A stretch of DNA of 64,000 nt, from contig WGMK01000010.1 of assembly GCA_016125095.1 (NCBI GenBank), positions 331,336 to 395,335 on the forward strand, given 5' to 3'. Positions 36,870-46,028 of this stretch are shown in pieces. This stretch comes from Candidatus Hydrogenedens sp. GTDB taxonomy: Bacteria > Hydrogenedentota > Hydrogenedentia > Hydrogenedentales > JAEUWI01. How positions within the stretch are numbered: position 1 is the stretch's first letter; the number at the start of each line of letters is the position of its first letter. The position numbers were made by a program, and so were the translations under genes. The notes under the pieces were generated by a model that was not told the origin of the DNA, did not search any database, and saw only the letters and a list, made by a program, of their open reading frames with translations.

Positions 36870-38297
36870 TTAATGGTCGGCGCAGCCCGCGCCGAGGCGG
36901 GCCTTGAGAAATTCGCCCTTGAGGATGTGGCTTCCCTGCAACGCGACGGTCTCGTCGGGCGACAGGCCGGCCGCCACGTACACGCGGCCGTCTTCCTTGT
37001 CGCCGAGCCGCACCAGGCGGGCGTCGTAGAGATCCTCGTCGAGCTTCACGAAAACCATTGGGCGGCCGTCCACATCCTGCACGGCGGACGCGGGCAGCGA
37101 TACCCCGGCGGTCTCCGTGCCCGCGAGCGTGGCTTCGCCGAACAGGCCGTCGCGGAGTTGTCCTTGCGGATTGTCCAGCACGGCGCGCGCCTCGACGGTG
37201 CGGGTCTGCGGATCCACACGATAGGCCAGCCAGGTCAGGGTGCCCGGGAAAACGAGATCGGGGTAAGCCTCGAAGCGCGCCTGCACCGGCGCGCCCACGG
37301 CCACCTGCCCCAGCTGCGCTTCCGGAATCGCGAGCTTCATCCACATCTGCGACAGGTCCGCCACGCGGAACAGCACGGTGCCCGTCTCGACGTTGTTGCC
37401 GATTACGGCCTGCCGGTCCACCACGGTACCGGCGAAGGGCGCGCGGATGGGGAGCAAGGGGCCAGCCTCGCGGCTGCGGGTCACGGCCTCGGCCTCCTCG
37501 GCGCTCAGGCCGAGATTCATCAGGTGCTGCCGTGCATGGTCCACTTCCGTCGCGGCGGCCTGCGCCTCGGCGCGTGCACGTTCCAGGTCCTGCCGCGCCG
37601 AAATCTCCCGGGCGTGCATGTCCTGTTCGCGGGCGAGCACCTGCCGCGCCAGGTCGGCGTCGGCCAGCGCCTTTACGTACGCGCTCTTGGCCTCCGCCAC
37701 GGCGTGCGAGCTGACCGTCGCGAGCAGCTGTCCGGCCTTCACCTGATCGCCCACGTCGGCTGCCACTTCGGTGATGATGCCCTGGCCGAGCGGCGTCACC
37801 ACGGCCAGATGATTACCGTCGAAGGTGACTTCGCCCAGTAGATGCTGCACGCGCCGCCCCGTACGGCTCTCAGGCTTGCCCACTTGCACGCCCGCCTTGG
37901 TCAGCGATTCCGCCGAGCCAAATCGCACTTTCATGCCATCGCCCACCGCGCGCTCGCCGATGCTGGCGGAGCTGCAGATGCCGCATTCGGCTTCCGGCAA
38001 ATCGTGCTCGCCGCACCAGGCCACGCCATCGCGCATGGAATGTCCGTGCCCGTCGTCGTCGCCGTGGTCGTGCCCTTCGTGGTCGGAATGATCGTGAGCA
38101 TCGTCCTCAGCATGGGCGTCAGCATCGTCGTGTCCATGGTCTGCGTCGTGATCATGATCGTGGTCATGGCCGGACTCTTCGTGTCCGTGTTCGTCTTGAT
38201 CCTGTGCGAAGACCTCCGCCGTGCAGCCCGCATACAGCGAGGCCGCGAGGCACAAGGAAAGCCATCCAGCGAACCAGATCCAGTTATTTGTCGTCAT
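36870..38297 (-). CDS. czcB: RND efflux membrane fusion protein (CzcB/CusB family) with His/Asp-rich N-terminal metal-binding extension and CxxC
   Basis: ATG at 38297 (MTTNNWIWFAGWLSLCLAASLYAG). Segment HGHEESGHDHDHDHDADHGHDDADAHAEDDAHDHSDHEGHDHGDDDGHGH then CGEHDLPEAECGIC. HlyD-like beta-barrel and lipoyl domains follow. Confidence 0.75.
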   Translation of the reverse strand: MTTNNWIWFAGWLSLCLAASLYAGCTAEVFAQDQDEHGHEESGHDHDHDHDADHGHDDADAHAEDDAHDHSDHEGHDHGDDDGHGHSMRDGVAWCGEHDLPEAECGICSSASIGERAVGDGMKVRFGSAESLTKAGVQVGKPESRTGRRVQHLLGEVTFDGNHLAVVTPLGQGIITEVAADVGDQVKAGQLLATVSSHAVAEAKSAYVKALADADLARQVLAREQDMHAREISARQDLERARAEAQAAATEVDHARQHLMNLGLSAEEAEAVTRSREAGPLLPIRAPFAGTVVDRQAVIGNNVETGTVLFRVADLSQMWMKLAIPEAQLGQVAVGAPVQARFEAYPDLVFPGTLTWLAYRVDPQTRTVEARAVLDNPQGQLRDGLFGEATLAGTETAGVSLPASAVQDVDGRPMVFVKLDEDLYDARLVRLGDKEDGRVYVAAGLSPDETVALQGSHILKGEFLKARLGAGCADH

Positions 38298-38299
38298 GT

Positions 38300-39772
38300 C
38301 TATTCCTCCGCGGCGGCGCTTGCGCCGTCCAGGGGTTGGGCCGCATCGGGTACTGCTACCGGCAGGGCCAGGCCCGCGGTGCGTTCGATACCGGCGATGG
38401 CGCGGTGGTAGGCAATCCGCGCATCCGTCAGGTCCAGGCGCGCATTCGTCAGCGCGCGGTCCGCCTCGAGCACCGCGAGCAGGTCGAACTTGCCCAGTTC
38501 GTAGCCCTCGCGCGTCAGGCGGCTGGTGGTTTCGAGTTCGGGTACGACCCGCGCGGCCAGCGCCTCGGCGCGTTCGTATGCCGCTGCGGCCGCTGCGTGC
38601 CATTCGGTCAGCGCGGTTTCCATGGCCGCGTCTGCTGCGCGCTGCTGATGCTCTGCCTGCCGCGCCCGCAGTTCCGCCGCGCGGATGGAGCCCTGGTTGC
38701 GGTTGAACAACGGCAGCGGAATCGAGCCTTCCAGCACCAGCGAGTGGCGTAATGTGTCGTCCGGCTCCTCGTTGGCGCGGCTGTAATTGAAGCCGCTCGT
38801 GCCCAGCGACCAGCCGCGTGTCGTTGCGCCGTCCAGCGCCGAGGCGCGGTAGCCGAGGCCCACGGTCAGGTCGGGCACGGCATTGCGTTCTTCCAGGGTC
38901 ACGAGGGCCTCGCGCCGGGCAAGTTCGGCATCCCAGCGTTTCAGCAGGGGATGCTCCGCGCGGGATGCGAACAGCGCGTCGAGTGCAGGCAATTCCGGCA
39001 TGGGGTCGAGGCTGCCTTCGACGCTCTCGAAGCGCGGGTTCGTGGAACCCCACAGCGCCGCCATCCGTAGCCGTGCCCGGTCCAGGGTCGCCCGCGCGCC
39101 GGCTTCCTCGATACGTACGCGCTCCAGTTCAGCGCGAGCACGCCGCTCGTCCAGCGGCGACACATGCCCCGCTTCCACCTGGCCACCGACCGCCGCATCG
39201 AGTTTTTCGGCCAGCGCGACCAACGCCGCGCGTTGCGCGACGTGCTCGCGGGCCGCCAAGACCTCGGTAAAGGCCGCCACGGTATCGCCGGCGATTGCAT
39301 AGCGCGCCGCCTCGTAGTCCCACGCGGCGACAGACTCGGCGAGTTTCGCGGCGTTGACCCTGGCGGCACGCTTGCCGCCCAGTTCGAACACTTGCGAAAG
39401 CCGCAAGGTCGTATCGAGCTCGTCCACGCCGCCGCCGGTTCGGGTCTGTTCCCGGGAGGTGCCCGCCTCGAGCCCGTCCGGCGCTAAGCCGATCGTGCGT
39501 GCGCGGATCGTGCTGCCGGTACCGCCATCGAGAAAGAGATTCTCGACCTCGACACCCAGCTCCGGATTCGGACGCAGGCCGGCTTGCAGGGTTTCGGCCT
39601 CGGCGATGGGGGATTCCCACGCAAGCGCCGCGAGTTCAGGGTTATGCGCCAGCACGATTTCCAGCGCGGTTTCTAGTGTCAGGGTGCCCTCAGGTTCCGT
39701 AAACGGGGGAGTGGCTTCCTGTGCCATAGCCGCCGAGGCGGCCAGTAAGAGCGGTAGGCACCGCAATAACAT
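38300..39772 (-). CDS. czcC: TolC-family outer membrane efflux protein (CzcC/CusC-like)
   Basis: ATG at 39772 (MLLRCLPLLLAASAAMA signal peptide). Two OEP repeat halves with extensive coiled-coil Ala/Arg-rich helices. Confidence 0.7.
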   Translation of the reverse strand: MLLRCLPLLLAASAAMAQEATPPFTEPEGTLTLETALEIVLAHNPELAALAWESPIAEAETLQAGLRPNPELGVEVENLFLDGGTGSTIRARTIGLAPDGLEAGTSREQTRTGGGVDELDTTLRLSQVFELGGKRAARVNAAKLAESVAAWDYEAARYAIAGDTVAAFTEVLAAREHVAQRAALVALAEKLDAAVGGQVEAGHVSPLDERRARAELERVRIEEAGARATLDRARLRMAALWGSTNPRFESVEGSLDPMPELPALDALFASRAEHPLLKRWDAELARREALVTLEERNAVPDLTVGLGYRASALDGATTRGWSLGTSGFNYSRANEEPDDTLRHSLVLEGSIPLPLFNRNQGSIRAAELRARQAEHQQRAADAAMETALTEWHAAAAAAYERAEALAARVVPELETTSRLTREGYELGKFDLLAVLEADRALTNARLDLTDARIAYHRAIAGIERTAGLALPVAVPDAAQPLDGASAAAEE

Positions 39773-39844
39773 CGGATTCGTCTCCAAGTTGCGCGCAGAA
39801 ACGCACGCGGCTTCCAGTTCGTGCAATCGAATGGGAGGGAGCGA

Positions 39845-40225
39845 TCAGATGAGGAGGCAGGCCGTCCGTTGAAAGAAGGGTTGCGGTGGCAGGGTATGCC
39901 GGGCCACGGGCACCAGTCCGGGCGCGGACGGTGCAAGCGGAAGCTCCAGCATGGTTACCGCGGCCGCAGGCACCTGAGGCGCCGGCGCGCTGTACGGTGC
40001 GGCGGCAGGCAGGGCTTCGGCGAAATCGCCGCCGATGGGCAGCGGGATATCGGTGCAGGGCTCAGGCTCCACGGGGGCGGGAGTCTCGTCGCAGCAGGTC
40101 GAGGGCAAGCACTCGCGCTCCAGTGCCACATGCCCATCGCCTCCCAGGCACAACACCATGCCGTCTGCACCCGCGGGCAATACCGCGAGTACAGCGAGTA
40201 GCAAGGTGAGGGTGCGTTGAATCAT
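39845..40225 (-). CDS. Small secreted Cys-rich, Pro/Ala-rich hypothetical protein (possible periplasmic metal-binding accessory of the czc operon)
   Basis: ATG at 40225 (MIQRTLTLLLAVLAVLPAGADG signal peptide). Cys cluster CLGGDGHVALERECLPSTCCDETPAPVEPEPC. Lies 72 nt upstream of czcC on the same strand. Confidence 0.4.
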   Translation of the reverse strand: MIQRTLTLLLAVLAVLPAGADGMVLCLGGDGHVALERECLPSTCCDETPAPVEPEPCTDIPLPIGGDFAEALPAAAPYSAPAPQVPAAAVTMLELPLAPSAPGLVPVARHTLPPQPFFQRTACLLI

Positions 40226-40251
40226 GCGTGTACCAGATACCGGAGACGAAA

Positions 40252-40962
40252 CTACGCGCGCAGGATAGCGCCCCGCCGACTCCGGATCAACCGGGTCAGC
40301 GCCAGCGCCGCCAGCACCGTGGCCGCGGCGGCACCAAGCCATGCGCCCAGCGGCAGCGCCTGCGTCGGCGCATTCCCGGCAAACACGCCCTCGTTCCGGA
40401 ATGTTCCCCCGTTCTCGAACACGCCGTGATTCTCGATTTGCCCCGTGTTATGCAGCGTGCCCCGGCATTCCAGGGTGCCCACATTGTCCAGCATGGCGCC
40501 ATTCTGGAACTCGCCCAAAGGCCCAACCGCCAAGCGGCCGTGATTGATGAGGTTTATCCGCGCAGTGGTCTTGTCGGGATCGCGTATCGCGATGCGACCG
40601 TCCGTGCGCAGGATCCCCGTCGTGCCCACGGTTACCTCGCAGCCCTCGAAATCGCAGGAGGCATCCGTGTCGATAGCGAGCAGCCCTTCAAGGACGACCG
40701 TGGTGTTGGTCGCGATGAGGTGCCCCAGAACGGAAAGCACGCCGTCAATGCGGAGGGGGGTATTCACCGTAACGAAGTCGCCCGAGAGTACCGTTACCTC
40801 GTCTCCGGGCGCAGGCACAGTTTGCCCGGCCCAAGTCGAATCGGATTCCCAGGGCCCCCCGCCCGTACCATTCGTTACCAAGGATGCTGCATTCGCCGAA
40901 CTGGACACGAGGCCCAGCACGGCACACATGATTGCCCAACCACGAGCCATGCCGTACTCCAA
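40252..40962 (-). CDS. Secreted beta-helix-like repeat protein with C-terminal PEP-CTERM-like (variant) anchor
   Basis: Signal peptide MARGWAIMCAVLGLVSSSANA. Gly/Asn/Thr-rich short repeats (GTLHNTGQIENHGVFENGGTFRNEGVFAGN). C-terminus ALPLGAWLGAAAATVLAALALTRLIRSRRGAILRA. Confidence 0.5.
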   Translation of the reverse strand: MEYGMARGWAIMCAVLGLVSSSANAASLVTNGTGGGPWESDSTWAGQTVPAPGDEVTVLSGDFVTVNTPLRIDGVLSVLGHLIATNTTVVLEGLLAIDTDASCDFEGCEVTVGTTGILRTDGRIAIRDPDKTTARINLINHGRLAVGPLGEFQNGAMLDNVGTLECRGTLHNTGQIENHGVFENGGTFRNEGVFAGNAPTQALPLGAWLGAAAATVLAALALTRLIRSRRGAILRA

Positions 40963-41022
40963 AACCCCAAGCCGCCATTCTGGGCATATCCTGCCCCGCG
41001 GTTCAAGTCGATGCCGGCCGCG

Positions 41023-41880
41023 CTACCAGGCGCCGACTTTCCCCAGCAGCCAGTTGCTCAATTCCGCACGGCGCACGTCGGGGTTCGCAAGCCCCGCGTC
41101 ATTCAGGGGATCATTCGCGGTCACGCGCCCTGCAGCACGCCGCGCATCAAACGAACTGTAGCGCTCCATCTCCGCATGCACCTCGTCGACATCGCGGAAC
41201 AGTCCCTCCGCCAAGAGCGCATTCGTTAGCCGGTCCAGCACCCGCGCCATGGTGGCATGGTCGAACTCCGGATGGTATTGCACCGCCCAGAGCGAAGCAT
41301 CGCCGTCGTCGTAGGCGAAGGACTGCACGGCGCACATGTCGTTGCACGACAACACGACCGCGCCCCGGGGCAATTCCGCCACCTCGTCCACATGCACGGC
41401 AAAGGCCGAGAACTTGCGCGGCTTTCCGGCATACATGGGGTGCGCGTGCCCCGCGTCCGTCAGGGTAATTCCGGTTGCGATGCCGATTTCGCGGCCCTTG
41501 GGATTGGCGCGCACCTTGCCGCCGAGGATCGTCGCGAAAACCTGTAGCGCCCAACAGCTGCCGAAGGCCGGCACGCCGGCCTGCATCACCCGTTCGGCCA
41601 GCCTGAGTTGCTCCGTCACCGCGCCATGCGCGTCATACACATTCAGCGCCGACCCCGTCCAGATTGCGCCGTCGAAATCAGTCAGGGCCAGTCCGTCGGG
41701 CAGGCAATCAGCGCCCTCGTCGGCCGGGCGCACGATGGTGCAGGCCGTGCCAGGCGCGATTTCGTCCACCAGCGCCGCGTACCACTCGCCGTAGGGCGTG
41801 CCGCCGACCGCCGCGATTTTGCCGCTCACCTCCCGCGTGTTGCCCTCGACAATCAGCACCCGCCGCCGCATTTGTTCCAT
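41023..41880 (-). CDS. Class I glutamine amidotransferase-like hydrolase (PuuD/gamma-glutamyl-amide hydrolase-like, peptidase C26 family)
   Basis: Nucleophile-Cys context GSCWALQ and His context QYHPEF (type 1 GATase triad). Last gene of a four-gene same-strand cluster with the GS-like synthetase, Fe-ADH and ALDH. Confidence 0.7.
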   Translation of the reverse strand: MEQMRRRVLIVEGNTREVSGKIAAVGGTPYGEWYAALVDEIAPGTACTIVRPADEGADCLPDGLALTDFDGAIWTGSALNVYDAHGAVTEQLRLAERVMQAGVPAFGSCWALQVFATILGGKVRANPKGREIGIATGITLTDAGHAHPMYAGKPRKFSAFAVHVDEVAELPRGAVVLSCNDMCAVQSFAYDDGDASLWAVQYHPEFDHATMARVLDRLTNALLAEGLFRDVDEVHAEMERYSSFDARRAAGRVTANDPLNDAGLANPDVRRAELSNWLLGKVGAW

Positions 41881-41898
41881 GGGTCTGCGCGGCTCCGC

Positions 41899-43272
41899 TC
41901 AGATGATTTCGAAGTACCGCTGGAGTTCCCAGTCGGTAATCGCCTTGCGGAATTCGCGCTCTTCCCACTCGCGCGATTGCGCGTAGTGCTCCACAAAATC
42001 CGTGCCGAAGATGGTGTGCGCTTCTTCTGATTTCCGCAGCCGTCCCGCCGCCTCGTACAGCGTTGCAGGAAGCGACAGCCGCTTGGCGTGCTTGCCCTCG
42101 TAGGCATTGCCGATGACGGGTGGAGTCGGTTCAATCTTATGTTCGATGCCCCACAGCCCCGAGCCCACAGCCGCCGCCATGGTGATGTAGGGATTCGCGT
42201 CGGCTGCGGCAATGCGGTATTCCACGCGCTGGCTCGAGGGCCCGCCGGGTATCGCGCGCAAGGCGCAGGTGCGGTTCTCGATGCCCCAAGTCGCCGCCGT
42301 CGGCGCCCAGAAACCAGGGATCAATCGGCTGTAGCTGTTCACGGTGCAGGCCACCATCGAAAGGAACGACGGCATCAGCGCTTGCTGCCCGCCGATGAAC
42401 CAGCGCATCTCGTCCGACATGCCGTGTTCGCCCGAGGGATTGTGGAAGACCGGCTTGCCCTTGGACTGAAGCGACAGGTGCAGGTGGCCGGATTGACCCG
42501 GCCAGTCCTTCGACCACTTCGCCATGAACGTCGCCATCCATCCCCGGCGCTGCGCGAGCACCTTGGTAAACGTCTTGAAGAGCGCTGCACGGTCGGCGGC
42601 CTCCAGTCCCTGCGCATGGCAGATGGCGGCCTCGAGCACGCCCGGACCGGTCTCCGTGTGCAGGCCTTCCAGCGGATAGCCCATGGCCTCGCAGAGATGC
42701 AGCAGCTCGTGGTAAAACTCGGCATGCACCGAGTTGCGCAGCATCGAGTACCCGAAAAATCCGGGTGTGATCGGCTTGAGGTTCTTGTAATCCTTTTCGC
42801 GTACCGTATCGGGCGATTCCTCGAAGAGGAAGAACTCGTACTCGAAGGCGCCGGTGACCGAATAGCCCATGCCCGCCGCCCGATCGAGCACGCGCCGCAG
42901 CACGCCGCGCGGGCAGATGGCCTCGGCCTGCTCGTCGAACTCGCCCAGGAACAGCAGCGTGCCCGGTTCGAAGGGGATCTTTCGGCAGGACTCCGGAATG
43001 ATGCGGACCGGGGCGTCCGGGTAGGCCGTATGCCAGCCCGTATACTTCGCGCTGTCGTACAGCTGGTCGTGGCTGTCCCAGCCCAGCACCACATCGCAGA
43101 AGCCGAAGCCCTTCTCGAGCGAGGAGAGAAACTTGTCGCGCTGCATGTACTTGCCGCGCATGATGCCGTCCACGTCGAATACGCCGACCTTGACGTATCG
43201 AATCTCCTGCTCGTTGAGCAGTTGCTTAATCTTCTCGATTCTCATCGTCCCGCCCTTCCCTTGCTTCGGCAT
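41899..43272 (-). CDS. Glutamine synthetase family protein (type I-like gamma-glutamyl-amine synthetase, PuuA/GlnA3-like)
   Basis: GS beta-grasp N-domain and catalytic C-domain motifs (GFEYEFFLF, NxY, SYSRLIPGFWAP, ENR). Start may be the internal ATG at 43245 (MRIEKIKQL). Confidence 0.75.
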   Translation of the reverse strand: MPKQGKGGTMRIEKIKQLLNEQEIRYVKVGVFDVDGIMRGKYMQRDKFLSSLEKGFGFCDVVLGWDSHDQLYDSAKYTGWHTAYPDAPVRIIPESCRKIPFEPGTLLFLGEFDEQAEAICPRGVLRRVLDRAAGMGYSVTGAFEYEFFLFEESPDTVREKDYKNLKPITPGFFGYSMLRNSVHAEFYHELLHLCEAMGYPLEGLHTETGPGVLEAAICHAQGLEAADRAALFKTFTKVLAQRRGWMATFMAKWSKDWPGQSGHLHLSLQSKGKPVFHNPSGEHGMSDEMRWFIGGQQALMPSFLSMVACTVNSYSRLIPGFWAPTAATWGIENRTCALRAIPGGPSSQRVEYRIAAADANPYITMAAAVGSGLWGIEHKIEPTPPVIGNAYEGKHAKRLSLPATLYEAAGRLRKSEEAHTIFGTDFVEHYAQSREWEEREFRKAITDWELQRYFEII

Positions 43273-43275
43273 CGT

Positions 43276-44454
43276 CTACGCAGCAGCCACCGGTTCCGGC
43301 AGTTCGCCTGCCAGCGCGCATTCGAAAATCGTCTGGTACTGCGCCGGGGTCAGCGCAATCGGATTGCCGCCCGCCGAAGGATCCTCGATGGCGAGGCGTC
43401 CCACCTCTTCCGCCTGGTCCCCCGGGATACCGAGCGAGGCCAGCGTATGCGGAATGCCGATCTCTTCGCGCAGCGCCAGCACCCAGGCAATCAGGCCGTC
43501 CAGGCTCGCCTTTAGCCCCAGACAATTCGCCAGATAGGCGGCATCGTCCGCGATCGCGTTGCGGTTGGCCGACAGCACATAGGGCATCAGCACGGCGTTC
43601 AGCATCCCGTGGTGCGCGTTGTAGAGCCCGCCCAGCGTGTGGGCCAGGGCATGCATGCCGCCGAGCCCGCGCTGAAACGCCGTCGCCCCCGCCTGCGACG
43701 CCGCCAGCATGTGCGAACGCGCCTCGATGTTGCCGCCATCTTGCACCGCAGTGGCCAGGTTTTCTTTCACCAGCCGCATGCCTTCCACCGCTATACCGCG
43801 TGCGAAGGGATGGTAGAACGGCGCGAAGAAGGCCTCCATGCTATGCGAGAGCGCATCCATGCCCGTGGCGGCGGTAATGCCCGCCGGCAGTCCGGTCGTC
43901 AGTTCCGGGTCCGAAAGCGCGATCCGCGGCAGCATCGTCGGGTGGAAAATGATCCGCTTGCGGTGCGCCGTCTCGTCGGTGATGACGCTCGCTCGGCCCA
44001 CTTCCGAGCCGGTGCCGGAAGTCGTCGGCACGGCCACCACCGGCACCAGGTTCTCCGTGGTCGCGCGCAGCCAGTTGTCGCCGATGTCTTCGAAATCCGC
44101 TATCGGGCGGTTCTGTCGCGCCATGAACGCAATCGCCTTGGCCGCGTCCACGCCGCTGCCGCCGCCGAATGCAATGACGCCGTCATATCCGCCCGCCCGG
44201 AACGCCGCGGTTCCAGCCTCTACCTGCGTTTCGGTCGGATTGCCGCTTACATCGCTGAAGACTCCACAGTCGAGTCCATCAGCCTTGCACGCGGCGACCG
44301 CCGCCTTGGTGATAGCGTGTTCCGCCAGGCCCGAATCCGTAACCAGCAGCGGACGCTGCATGCCCAGTTCGCGGCAGCAGGCCGCCAGTTCACTGATACG
44401 GCCCGCCCCGAAGCGGACGGTCGTCGGGTAATTCCAGTTGCCGCGCAGGTTCAC
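43276..44454 (-). CDS. Iron-containing (group III) alcohol dehydrogenase
   Basis: GGGSGVDAAKAIA NAD-binding motif and metal-binding His clusters typical of Fe-ADH. Confidence 0.75.
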   Translation of the reverse strand: MNLRGNWNYPTTVRFGAGRISELAACCRELGMQRPLLVTDSGLAEHAITKAAVAACKADGLDCGVFSDVSGNPTETQVEAGTAAFRAGGYDGVIAFGGGSGVDAAKAIAFMARQNRPIADFEDIGDNWLRATTENLVPVVAVPTTSGTGSEVGRASVITDETAHRKRIIFHPTMLPRIALSDPELTTGLPAGITAATGMDALSHSMEAFFAPFYHPFARGIAVEGMRLVKENLATAVQDGGNIEARSHMLAASQAGATAFQRGLGGMHALAHTLGGLYNAHHGMLNAVLMPYVLSANRNAIADDAAYLANCLGLKASLDGLIAWVLALREEIGIPHTLASLGIPGDQAEEVGRLAIEDPSAGGNPIALTPAQYQTIFECALAGELPEPVAAA

Positions 44455-44470
44455 GCGCTTACTCCTTGTG

Positions 44471-45856
44471 TTACTTGGTGGAAACGCGGAAGTGAAAGGA
44501 CTTCGGACGCGTCAGTTGTTCAAAACCCAGACGACTCAACGTGCAGCCGCGTCCCGTATTCTTCACCCCGGTCCACGCGAGGTCGGGGTCCAGATAATCG
44601 CATCGGTTCAGAAATACCGTGCCCGTGGCAATGCGGTCGCCCAGCGCCAGCGCGGCGTCCACGTCCTCGCTCCAGATGCTCGCCGTCAGGCCGAGGTCGC
44701 TGTCGTTCATCAGCGCGACGGCCTCCTCGTCGGACTGCACCTTCATGATGCCGGCCACCGGGCCGAAGGTCTCCTCGTTCATCACGCGCATCGAGTGGTC
44801 CACATCCACCAGCAGCTGCGGTGCCAGGTAGGGCGTGCCCTCCCGGTTTTCCGCGAAGCCCGCCGGATCCACCAGCGCCTTGGCGCCGGCCGCCACGGCC
44901 TCGGCCACCTGCCCGCGCACGAAATCCGCGGCGGAAGTCCGCACGCAGGGCCCCAGCGTCGTGGCCTCGTCCAGGGGGCTGCCCAGCACGTATTGCTTCG
45001 TCAGCTCGACCGCGCCCTCGACGAACGCGTCGTAGACGTCGGCATGCACGTAAATCCGCTCGACGCCGCAGCAGCTCTGACCGGAATTGAAGAAGGCGCC
45101 ATCCACGACATTTTCGATGGCATGCGCGAGGTTGGCGTCGTGGCGCACATAGGCCGGGTCTTTACCGCCGAGTTCGAGGCCCACTGGAATGAACCGGCCC
45201 GCAGCCGCTTCTTCAATCTGCGCGCCGCCGGGCACCGAACCCGTAAACGCGACGCCCCCGATGGCGGGCTCCTTGATGAGCTTCGCCGTTTGCGCGCGGC
45301 TCAGGTGTAAAAACTGAAATAAGCCCTCGGGCAGTCCTGCCGCCCGGCCGGCTTCCACAAACCGCTCGGCGCACAAAGGCGTCTGATGCGAATGCTTGAG
45401 CAGCACCGCATTACCCGCCATCAGCGCCGGAATCACGCTATTCACCGAAGTCAGGTAGGGGTAGTTCCACGGGGCCACCGTCAGCAGCACCCCGATGGGC
45501 GTGCGCCGGATAAAACGCTGGAATCCCGGTTTCTCGGGCATGCCGAGGTCGGCCAGCGCTTCAGGTGCCAAGGCAATCATCTTGCGGGCGCGCTCTTCAA
45601 AGCCCCGGACTTCGCCCAGCCCGTAGCGCACCGGCCGGCCCATCTGCCAGGCCAATTCGTCGCGGTGGGTATCTCCTTGCGCCACAAAGGCATCCACCAA
45701 GGCCCCGCACAGGCGCGCCCGTTCGTCAATACTCGCAGAGGCCCACGATCTCGCCGCCGCATCGGCGCGTTCCAGGGCTTGGGTTATCTCGTGGTCGGCG
45801 GCTTCCGGGCGCTCGCAGTAGAGCGAGCCATCCACCGGGGAAATGCATTGAATCAA
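44471..45856 (-). CDS. NAD(P)-dependent aldehyde dehydrogenase
   Basis: ALDH motifs LELGGKDP, catalytic Cys in NSGQSCCGVERIYV, EETFGPV. Confidence 0.8.
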   Translation of the reverse strand: MIQCISPVDGSLYCERPEAADHEITQALERADAAARSWASASIDERARLCGALVDAFVAQGDTHRDELAWQMGRPVRYGLGEVRGFEERARKMIALAPEALADLGMPEKPGFQRFIRRTPIGVLLTVAPWNYPYLTSVNSVIPALMAGNAVLLKHSHQTPLCAERFVEAGRAAGLPEGLFQFLHLSRAQTAKLIKEPAIGGVAFTGSVPGGAQIEEAAAGRFIPVGLELGGKDPAYVRHDANLAHAIENVVDGAFFNSGQSCCGVERIYVHADVYDAFVEGAVELTKQYVLGSPLDEATTLGPCVRTSAADFVRGQVAEAVAAGAKALVDPAGFAENREGTPYLAPQLLVDVDHSMRVMNEETFGPVAGIMKVQSDEEAVALMNDSDLGLTASIWSEDVDAALALGDRIATGTVFLNRCDYLDPDLAWTGVKNTGRGCTLSRLGFEQLTRPKSFHFRVSTK

Positions 45857-46028
45857 CGGCGTTCTCCTGTCGTCGCGTCAGCCGAATTTCGACCGCATAG
45901 TCTAGGCTTCTTGCATGGCGCAATCAACCGCGCGACGGACGGCCAAGCATTCAGCAGGCTTGCAGAAATATGCGATTTATGTTGTAATGCCTATGGTGTT
46001 TTAGGGTGCCTAGACGGGAGGTCTGAGT

